A stretch of 36,689 bases of DNA from Patescibacteria group bacterium (GTDB taxonomy: Bacteria > Patescibacteriota > Patescibacteriia > Patescibacteriales > UBA12465): the NCBI GenBank assembly GCA_041649315.1, contig JBAZNJ010000003.1, positions 1 through 36,689 on the forward strand, written 5' to 3'. The notes under the pieces were generated by a model. It saw only the letters and a program-made list of their open reading frames with translations. It was not told the DNA's origin and made no database searches. Both the position numbers and the translations under genes were made by a program. Every line of letters starts with the position of its first letter. Positions within the stretch are counted from its first letter, which is position 1. Below, in pieces: positions 17,908 to 24,787 of this stretch.

Positions 17908-19017
17908 TTAATAAGAAGTTTTTAGTTTTTTTTCTTGCTCGTGCCGCTCAAGCGCCAGCTGGATCAAGCGGTCGATTAGGTCGGTATAAGAAAGGCCGCT
18001 TGCTTCCCAGAGTTTTGGATACATGCTTGAGGCCGTGAATCCGGGGATAGTATTTATTTCATTTACTAAAATTTCTTCATTTTTTTTTAAAAACATATCA
18101 ACCCGGCCAAAACCGGCGCAGGAAAGGACGCGGAAGGTCTTGATAGCGAGGGTTTGGATTTTTTTAATAATTTCCTCTGATAATTTTGCCGGAATTTCCA
18201 AGGTAGTCGCATTAGCATCAAGGTATTTAGTTTCATAAGAATAAAAATCTTGATTGAAAATTATTTCTCCCGGCAGGGAAGCGAGCGGATCGTCATTACC
18301 CAGAACCGAACATTCAATTTCTCGGCCGATGATATTTTCTTCAATAATTATTTTTTGATCATAGCTAAAAGCTTCTCGGAGAGCCGGAGCGAAATCTTTT
18401 TCTTCCCGAACTTTGCTTATCCCGACGGAAGAGCCGAGATTGGCCGGTTTCACGAAAAAAGGTGAACCTAAAGTTTTAACGATTTCCGGATAGGTCGGGA
18501 TTTCTGTTTTCAGGCCGGCAATAAATTTAGCAATCGGAATATTGCTGTCGCGCAGGAGGCGTTTCATTACATCTTTATCCATACCGACCGCCGAGCCGAG
18601 GACACCGGCGCCGACAAAAGGAATATCGGCGAGTTTAAGCAGGCCCTGGATTGTTCCGTCCTCGCCGTAAGGACCGTGTAGAATCGGGAAGGCGACATCA
18701 ATGGTTATTTTTGTTTGGTCGCCCCTTAAATTAATAAGCCGGCCGCCGCTTTCATCCGGATGTTCGGAGTCGCGGAAGGGAATGAGCACGAGCTCATTTT
18801 CCGGATTAGCTTTATTTGTTTTTTCAAATAAATCAGCACTGTCGCCAAGCAGCCAGCGTCCGCCCTTATCTATCTTTATTAGTATTGGTTCATATTTTTC
18901 TTTATCAATCGCTTTTAGAATATTAGCCGCCGATTTTAAAGAGATTTCATGTTCGGCGGATTTGCCGCCGAAAATAATCCCGATTTTTAGTTTTTTCATA
19001 TTATTCAACTTATACAT
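17908..19017 (-). CDS. ddl: D-alanine--D-alanine ligase
   Basis: KIGIIFGGKSAEHEISLKSA, HGPYGEDGTIQGLL, FVKPANLGSSVGISKV and NEINTIPGFT are hallmark Ddl motifs. The start could instead be the ATG at 18999 (MKKLKIGIIFGG). Confidence 0.93.
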   Translation of the reverse strand: MYKLNNMKKLKIGIIFGGKSAEHEISLKSAANILKAIDKEKYEPILIKIDKGGRWLLGDSADLFEKTNKANPENELVLIPFRDSEHPDESGGRLINLRGDQTKITIDVAFPILHGPYGEDGTIQGLLKLADIPFVGAGVLGSAVGMDKDVMKRLLRDSNIPIAKFIAGLKTEIPTYPEIVKTLGSPFFVKPANLGSSVGISKVREEKDFAPALREAFSYDQKIIIEENIIGREIECSVLGNDDPLASLPGEIIFNQDFYSYETKYLDANATTLEIPAKLSEEIIKKIQTLAIKTFRVLSCAGFGRVDMFLKKNEEILVNEINTIPGFTASSMYPKLWEASGLSYTDLIDRLIQLALERHEQEKKLKTSY

Positions 19018-19113
19018 TTATTTAGCAATATATACATATTAGCATAAAAAGGGGAGTTTAGTAATGGAAATTTAATGTTGTGTAAGTTTAGGCTAACTAA
19101 CTTAAAATTTTTA

Positions 19114-19141
19114 TTGAAAAATATTTTGACTTTGTTATAAT
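19114..19141 (+). promoter_or_regulatory. Sigma70-like promoter for the 19258 gene
   Basis: TTGAAA (19114-19119), a 16-nt spacer ending in TGT, then TATAAT (19136-19141). Confidence 0.45.
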
Positions 19142-19257
19142 AAAAAAGTGGTTCGGTTTTAAAGATGCTAATGGTTCGGTTAAGGCCAGTATAGAAATGC
19201 TGGAAAAGGCTAATAAAATAAAATTTAATGTTGAGTAAATTTAAACAAATTTAATTT

Positions 19258-20466
19258 ATGAAGTTTATAGCGAAAGAAGAGATTAATAAAATAATTACCA
19301 AGACCTATTCTTATGAATTTTCTCTTGAAGAAGACATTCTTTGCCTGATTGAAATAATTGCCAGCGCTAAGAGTTGGTGGCAGAATTTTAAATCCAGCCG
19401 TGTCTTTTCCAAAGACGACGATATTTTTTTATTTTTAGATAACCAGGAATTAACTACGTCGCGGAGTAAAAAGCCGGACGCCCGTTCCTCCTGGAACGGT
19501 AATGAACTCAAAGAATTAGAAAAGACGGTTTTAATAGCGGTAAATTTGAAGCCGGGGAACCATACTATAACCCTAAGACCGAACCAGACCCCATATTTAA
19601 AAACTATCGCTGTATCCAAGGTAGAAGAAGGAGATAAGATAATCTATATCCCGACAGATAATAACCCAGCCCAAAAGGGCGAGGGGCGCCCTTGGCTAAG
19701 TTATATTATTCTAGATTTGTTTATTACTAACCTAACTATTACCGCCCGGGCTAATAAAAATCGTGGTGATGACGACGATATTAAATTGGTAATTAATGAA
19801 GAAATTCAAAAGAATGAAAATAAACGCGCTCATAAGTATTGGTATTGGTGCGGCAAGATATTAAAAGGCAAAGATAAAACATTTTCTAAGGATGTTAATT
19901 CGCAAGCGAAACAATATAATTTTGACTTGTATTCCGACGAGGCCCCGCGCCTATCAAAAATAGAAATAGGGATAAAGCCGGTTAACACGAAAAGAATTCC
20001 CACTGTTGACGATCCGCTTTGGACCGGAGATTTTAGGGACGATACGGAAGAAATGCTTTTGGCGAGAGCAATTTTTGGCGAGACAAACGGTGAGCCCCAT
20101 GAAGCAAAGATCTGGGTAGCCTGGTCGGTTAGGAATCGGGTAGCGGCGAAAGCTTGGCCTGACACAGTTGCAGGAGTAATTCTACAAAAAGGGCAATATG
20201 ATCCGTTTAAGCCTGATAATGATACTTTCAAAAAAATTATTAGCCCCTTGGATTATAAAAACGAAGGCGAAGCTGACAGAAATGAGTGGTTCAAGTGTTA
20301 TGAAATTGCCCAGAAAGTATTAACTGGAGAAATTGAGAGCCCGACGACAGCCACGCACTTCATCGGACGCGGAGCAAACGTAACTAGATTCGAGAGAATA
20401 ACAATCCCCAAAGGGGAATTTATAAAACAGATAGGGGGCACTCGTTTTTATTGGAGTCCAAATTAA
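19258..20466 (+). CDS. SleB/CwlJ-type cell-wall hydrolase with a novel duplicated N-terminal region and no signal peptide
   Basis: C-terminal LLARAIFGETNGEPHEAKIWVAWSVRNRV...VILQKGQYDPF matches the Hydrolase_2 (SleB) family signature. The first 260 aa or so look like two related modules, each containing a DDDI motif. Confidence 0.7.
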   Translation: MKFIAKEEINKIITKTYSYEFSLEEDILCLIEIIASAKSWWQNFKSSRVFSKDDDIFLFLDNQELTTSRSKKPDARSSWNGNELKELEKTVLIAVNLKPGNHTITLRPNQTPYLKTIAVSKVEEGDKIIYIPTDNNPAQKGEGRPWLSYIILDLFITNLTITARANKNRGDDDDIKLVINEEIQKNENKRAHKYWYWCGKILKGKDKTFSKDVNSQAKQYNFDLYSDEAPRLSKIEIGIKPVNTKRIPTVDDPLWTGDFRDDTEEMLLARAIFGETNGEPHEAKIWVAWSVRNRVAAKAWPDTVAGVILQKGQYDPFKPDNDTFKKIISPLDYKNEGEADRNEWFKCYEIAQKVLTGEIESPTTATHFIGRGANVTRFERITIPKGEFIKQIGGTRFYWSPN

Positions 20467-20469
20467 ATT

Positions 20470-21000
20470 ATGTTCAAAAATATTATTAAAATTATTTTTA
20501 TAGGATTAACCTGGAGCATAGCCTCTTTATTTGCTGTTTTTATTTTGTGGCCGCGTGCTTTTATAGATATTTCTATTATAGATGATACCGCTGTTTTCGT
20601 CTGTTGGAAGTTTATTCCCCGGTGCCAAGAAGTTTCCGGCACGTCTTCTTATAAATTTGATCTGAACTGGTCGCCTGACGGAAAATACTTATCGTTTTAT
20701 GATGACCTTAAAGAAAGCGATAATCGATTCAGTTTCTTAAAAATCGTTAATCCACTTACTCGGAGCGTTAAAATTGTTTTTATTGGGCCAGAGGGCACAG
20801 GTTATTCTCAATGGTTAGATAATGATACAATCAGGACTTACGGAAGAGGAGGGACTGGAGTTACTTCTTATTGCGATATTAATATTAATTATCAAGAGCC
20901 GTTTGTTCTTGAAGATAGATATGGTGATAGTAATTGTAAGTTTATCCAACTTTGGCTAGACGATCTTAATTGGTCTAGGGCCTATTCGGGTGAAAATTAA
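20470..21000 (+). CDS. Membrane-anchored hypothetical protein with a PD40/TolB-like repeat motif
   Basis: N-terminal TM segment IIFIGLTWSIASLFAVFILW. LNWSPDGKYLSFYDD resembles a PD40 repeat. Starts 4 nt after the previous stop codon. Confidence 0.5.
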   Translation: MFKNIIKIIFIGLTWSIASLFAVFILWPRAFIDISIIDDTAVFVCWKFIPRCQEVSGTSSYKFDLNWSPDGKYLSFYDDLKESDNRFSFLKIVNPLTRSVKIVFIGPEGTGYSQWLDNDTIRTYGRGGTGVTSYCDININYQEPFVLEDRYGDSNCKFIQLWLDDLNWSRAYSGEN

Positions 21001-21017
21001 CAAGAAACAAATGATGT

Positions 21018-21743
21018 ATGAAAAACTCTAAATTTATTTTTATTTTAATTTCTGGTCTTTTGCTAATTGCCGGCTTTTTAATTTTTGGCCTATTCTTGCA
21101 AGCGATCCATTCCCGGGCCGAGAGCTACGATTTATTATTAGTCAGCGGTTCGGCCAAAGCGCGTATTATTTCTAATAATGCCGAATTGAAAATTTTCATT
21201 TCCCGTTTAGCGCCGCTTGACGATTTGACTAATGCTTATGGATATTTTGAATATGACCTGGATTGGCTAAAAAAAACTTTAAAGGAAAATGGTCTTGATA
21301 TTAGTCGTTTAGAAATTAGCCCAGTTATTATTGAGGGGAAAAAGGAAGAAGATGCGAGTCGGGAAGCGATAAATATCCGACTAACAAGAACGGTAACTAT
21401 CAACGGAGAAACTGATAAAATTACTAAAGTTTCTCAAGCAGTTTCTTCGTTTAATTCCGCGGCAGTAACTTTTTCTGTTCAGTCTTTGGAATATTATAAT
21501 TCCGATTACCCGGATTTGTATGAGCCGCTTTTAAAAGAAGCTTTTCAAGACGCTAAAGCTCAAGCTTACCAAAAAGCGGCCGACTTAGGGCGTCATTTGG
21601 GTGAATTTAAAAGAGTGGTTAGTGGTTCGGAAAGGATTTTACCGGCCGATTCTCCGGATATTTTTTATGATAGATATTATGATACTTCCAGTATTGAAAA
21701 AGATATGGTGATTAAGGTCGTATTACTTTTCGGTTTTAAATAA
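21018..21743 (+). CDS. SIMPL-domain (DUF541, BP26/YggE-like) protein
   Basis: N-terminal TM or signal segment. Layout and the stretch EAFQDAKAQAYQKAADLGRHLGEFKRV resemble SIMPL-family proteins. Confidence 0.55.
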   Translation: MKNSKFIFILISGLLLIAGFLIFGLFLQAIHSRAESYDLLLVSGSAKARIISNNAELKIFISRLAPLDDLTNAYGYFEYDLDWLKKTLKENGLDISRLEISPVIIEGKKEEDASREAINIRLTRTVTINGETDKITKVSQAVSSFNSAAVTFSVQSLEYYNSDYPDLYEPLLKEAFQDAKAQAYQKAADLGRHLGEFKRVVSGSERILPADSPDIFYDRYYDTSSIEKDMVIKVVLLFGFK

Positions 21744-21775
21744 CCAATTAAAATAACTATCCGCCAGTTGGCGGA

Positions 21776-21801
21776 CTCCGCACATCGCTCCGGCTTTCGA
21801 A
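21776..21801 (+). repeat. Left copy of the 26-bp direct repeat flanking the R-M cassette
   Basis: CTCCGCACATCGCTCCGGCTTTCGAA is identical to 24296..24321. Confidence 0.9.
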
Positions 21802-22037
21802 GCTCTTGTACGGAGCAATACTAATGAAAACAACCTAAAATTGAAATGTATCTCGTTTAGTAGACACAGGCAAAAAACAACTAAGCAATTTTTAAAAGAT
21901 GATTTCGGTATTGGACGGAGTTTTTGGATTCATAGCTATTTATTAGGTAGTCCGTAAATTTCTACCAGTTCTTATTTTTAACATAATTTTAGGTAAAATA
22001 TACTATATTAATAGTACTTTAAAGACCATTTTACAAG

Positions 22038-22066
22038 TTGTTTCCTCTTATAAAAAATGATATAAT
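22038..22066 (+). promoter_or_regulatory. Candidate promoter of the R-M operon
   Basis: TTGTTT, a 17-nt spacer with extended TG, then TATAAT (22061-22066), 33 nt upstream of the ATG. Confidence 0.4.
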
Positions 22067-22098
22067 GGTTCATATAATAAACTCCTAATAATCTCCGC

Positions 22099-23235
22099 AT
22101 GAAAAAACAGCTCGGACAATTTTTTACCAAGCAATCCGATTATATTCTTCAGGGGTTTGAAGAATATGTTAAAGGCAAAAACGTTATTGATCCTTTTGCC
22201 GGGAATCGAGATTTAATGGATTGGTCTAAAAAAAATAGTTGTAAATCAATTAAGGGTTTTGATATTGATAAAAATTATATCGACAATAAACTTGTTTTTT
22301 TAAATGATTCCATTAATAATCCTCGGAAATACAAGTTTATTTGCACTAATCCTCCTTATTTGCATAAAAATAAGGCGGATATTAAGACTAAAAATCAATT
22401 TTTTTCCGGCCAAAACGCCATTTTTGAAGATTTATATCAAGTTTCCATAATATCAATGCTTGATAGCGACGAAGGCATTATTATTGTTCCGCTTAATTTT
22501 CTTAGTGCTGAAAATTCAAAAAAAACAAGAAATCTATTTTTTGAAAAATTTAAAATAGTAAAATTAAATATTTTTTCTGAACAGGTTTTTGAAGATACTA
22601 CTTATAACGTTATCGCTTTTTATTATAAAAAGAAAAATAAACCTACTGAGAAAGATATTATTAACGCAATCATATTTCCGGAAAAGAAAAAAATAAATTT
22701 TACCGTTGAAAAAAAGTATGATTGGCAACTAGGTGGAGAATTTATTAAAAAGGTCAATTATATACAAAATTATTTAGGAGTTTTCAGGTTAACTGAAAGT
22801 TTTTTGATACCTGGTAATCAAAAAGTTGAAATTGCTATTCAGAATATTAAGGATAAACAGATTTTTAAAGTTCCTAAAGATGTAAAAGAAATACTAGAAA
22901 AAAACATTCTCATGTTAAGAGCTATCGATAGTAAAAATGGTAAAAAGATTCAACTGGAAGATATAAGAAAATATCGAATACTTGGATTAGCTGGAAAAGT
23001 TTCTTCTAGGAATATGGCTCATTTAATATTCAAAGAAAATTTAACCCCGGAGCAACAGCAAAAACTTTTAAAAGAGTTTAACGAGGAATTAAATAAAAAT
23101 AGAGAAAAATATTTTTCTTATTTTTTAACAAATTTCCGAGATAATAACCGTAAAAGAATTTCTTTTGATTTTACCTATAAATTACTCAATTATATATATA
23201 AGAAAAACTATGCCAAACAGCCTTCATTATTTTAA
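22099..23235 (+). CDS. Type II N6-adenine DNA methyltransferase (gamma-class motif order)
   Basis: Motif I-like VIDPFAGNRDL lies upstream of motif IV FICTNPPYL. Paired with a PD-(D/E)xK gene. Confidence 0.8.
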   Translation: MKKQLGQFFTKQSDYILQGFEEYVKGKNVIDPFAGNRDLMDWSKKNSCKSIKGFDIDKNYIDNKLVFLNDSINNPRKYKFICTNPPYLHKNKADIKTKNQFFSGQNAIFEDLYQVSIISMLDSDEGIIIVPLNFLSAENSKKTRNLFFEKFKIVKLNIFSEQVFEDTTYNVIAFYYKKKNKPTEKDIINAIIFPEKKKINFTVEKKYDWQLGGEFIKKVNYIQNYLGVFRLTESFLIPGNQKVEIAIQNIKDKQIFKVPKDVKEILEKNILMLRAIDSKNGKKIQLEDIRKYRILGLAGKVSSRNMAHLIFKENLTPEQQQKLLKEFNEELNKNREKYFSYFLTNFRDNNRKRISFDFTYKLLNYIYKKNYAKQPSLF

Positions 23236-24130
23236 GGTTTCACAGGAAAACCCGGAAGATCAGTTAGATATTAATTATTTCATTCTTGAAAAAGATCCTA
23301 AAATTAAAGAATATATAGCACACGTTAAAAATATCAAAGAAACATTGATAACTATTAAGAAATTAAAAGAAAATAAGGAAAGCCAAGAAACAGTAGAAAA
23401 ATATTATAAAAAATTGTTTAATGATTTTAATGATTATTCTAATTGTTCTGAGCTGGGTTGTTTTGTAAACGCCTGTGATACGACGAGAGATTTAATAAAA
23501 AACGATTTTAATTCTTTTAAAAAGATAACGGATTTATTTATTAAAAAGAGAGTTATAGATGATAAAGTTCCGGAAAATTGGATCCAAGCGATTATTGATA
23601 CAAATGCTTCGAGAAAAAAGGGCAAACTTGGAGAAAATAAATTACTTGCTTTTCTAACCGATACTTTCGGATACAAACCCGTAAAAAATTGGGAAGATTT
23701 TTATAAAACAAAGAAGTGCGTGGTTAGTTTCTCAAAAGATATTTTCCATAACGACGAAGTAATAAAAAATCTTGGAATTAACTTAAAAACAAAAAATCAA
23801 GGAAAAATGTTAGATTTGATTATTAAACATGATAAGAAAATTTTTATTTTAGAAGCAAAACATTTAAACACCGGCGGTGGCGAACAAAATAAACAAATTG
23901 ATGAATTGATTAAGATATTAGAATTAAAAGAAAAGAAAAAAGATATTTACTATATATCTTTTTTGGATGGAACTTATTCAAATAAATTAATTAGTGAAAA
24001 AATAGAGAAAAAATCTAAAAAATTATTTACCCAAAGAAGCCAGATCGAAAAATATTTAAAAAGCCAGGCAGCAAAAAATTACTGGGTTAATACGGCCGGA
24101 TTTATTCAGCTCTTTCTAGATCTGGGTTAG
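23210..24130 (+). CDS. Type II restriction endonuclease (PD-(D/E)xK fold)
   Basis: MLDLIIKHDKKIFILEAKH gives a D-x13-E-x-K catalytic motif. ATG at 23210 overlaps the methylase 3' end by 26 nt. The track's start at 23165 is a TTG extension. Confidence 0.7.
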   Translation: MPNSLHYFKVSQENPEDQLDINYFILEKDPKIKEYIAHVKNIKETLITIKKLKENKESQETVEKYYKKLFNDFNDYSNCSELGCFVNACDTTRDLIKNDFNSFKKITDLFIKKRVIDDKVPENWIQAIIDTNASRKKGKLGENKLLAFLTDTFGYKPVKNWEDFYKTKKCVVSFSKDIFHNDEVIKNLGINLKTKNQGKMLDLIIKHDKKIFILEAKHLNTGGGEQNKQIDELIKILELKEKKKDIYYISFLDGTYSNKLISEKIEKKSKKLFTQRSQIEKYLKSQAAKNYWVNTAGFIQLFLDLG

Positions 24131-24154
24131 TTCAATATTAATACTGGCATAAAC

Positions 24155-24186
24155 AACAATCACCCAAATAAATTTGGGTGATTGTT
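24155..24186. terminator. 12-bp hairpin, paralogue of the tRNA-Ala terminator
   Basis: AACAATCACCCA-AATAAATT-TGGGTGATTGTT. Located after the REase stop codon and immediately beside the tRNA 3'-end fragment. Confidence 0.6.
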
Positions 24187-24189
24187 TGT

Positions 24190-24210
24190 TAGTGGACCCT
24201 AAGGGATTCG
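24190..24210 (-). repeat. Duplicated 3' end of tRNA-Ala (att-like fragment)
   Basis: The 21-nt TAGTGGACCCTAAGGGATTCG is identical to 24381..24401. It covers part of the T-loop, the T-stem, the acceptor 3' strand and 3 trailing nt. Confidence 0.9.
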
Positions 24211-24295
24211 GTCACGGTCGCTAAGCCTCGCTTGTTTGCTTCGCAAACTGCGCTCGCTAAGCGCCCCGACCCGGCCTCGCGGTGCGTTCGCTTCG

Positions 24296-24321
24296 CTCCG
24301 CACATCGCTCCGGCTTTCGAA
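24296..24321 (+). repeat. Right copy of the 26-bp direct repeat flanking the R-M cassette
   Basis: Identical to 21776..21801. Followed by TCCCTTAGG, which makes TTCGAATCCCTTAGG, an inverted copy of the tRNA-Ala T-arm/acceptor sequence. Confidence 0.9.
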
Positions 24322-24346
24322 TCCCTTAGGCGGATCAGCAACAAAT

Positions 24347-24378
24347 AAAAACAACCCAAAGCAGTTTGGGTTGTTTTT
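24347..24378 (-). terminator. Terminator hairpin downstream of tRNA-Ala
   Basis: AAAAACAACCCA-AAGCAGT-TGGGTTGTTTTT, with a U-run on the minus-strand transcript. Confidence 0.7.
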
Positions 24379-24383
24379 ATTAG

Positions 24384-24457
24384 TGGACCCTAAGGGATTC
24401 GAACCCTTGACCCCCTGCTTGCAAAGCAGGTGCTCTAGCCAGCTGAGCTAAGGGCCC
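24384..24457 (-). tRNA. tRNA-Ala (anticodon UGC)
   Basis: Hand-folded cloverleaf: GGGCCCT/TA/GCTC-AGCTGGCTA-GAGC/A/CCTGC-TTTGCAA-GCAGG/GGGTC/AAGGG-TTCGAAT-CCCTT/AGGGTCC/A. G3:U70 identity pair is present. CCA is not encoded (CTA follows). Confidence 0.93.
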
Positions 24458-24482
24458 AACCATTATTCAATTATACTTAAAA

Positions 24483-24728
24483 TTAATTATACTTCAAGAG
24501 AGGGCCGGTGAGCCAGCGGGCGAAATCGCCGCCACTGCCCGTCAAGCTTACGATGCCGATGAACAGAAAAATTATTCCGATAAGCTTATAACCGAGACGG
24601 GAGCCGCCCTCAGTTCCGAGTTTTGCTTCAAACCAGGCAATCCGGCCGAAATTGCTTAAGAACCATTCGGTTTTTAAAATTAATAATGTTCCGGCCCCGA
24701 TTAGTAAAATTCCGACGATAATCGACAT
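24483..24728 (-). CDS. Small membrane protein, unknown function
   Basis: 81 aa with an N-terminal and a later hydrophobic helix. Lies downstream of the M23 gene and after the intercistronic motif. Confidence 0.55.
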   Translation of the reverse strand: MSIIVGILLIGAGTLLILKTEWFLSNFGRIAWFEAKLGTEGGSRLGYKLIGIIFLFIGIVSLTGSGGDFARWLTGPLLKYN

Positions 24729-24750
24729 ATCTTTATAGAGGCCATCTGTA

Positions 24751-24787
24751 AATACTCAAAAGAGCATTCGGCAACAGCCCATTTATT
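24751..24787 (-). repeat. Intercistronic RNA-motif copy 2
   Basis: Sense strand reads TAATAAATGGGCTGTTGCCGAATGCTCTTTTGAGTATT, starting at the M23 peptidase stop codon. Confidence 0.7.

Noticed and set aside
21744-22098. Controller (C) protein or integrase remnant upstream of the methylase
   Set aside because: The longest peptide I could read is about 15 aa (MISVLDGVFGFIAIY). There is no HTH-sized ORF on either strand.
24236-24451. 71-aa plus-strand ORF
   Set aside because: It runs through the GC-rich spacer, the terminator hairpin and the antisense of tRNA-Ala. It has no start context and an Arg/Ser/Leu-rich product typical of non-coding GC-rich DNA.
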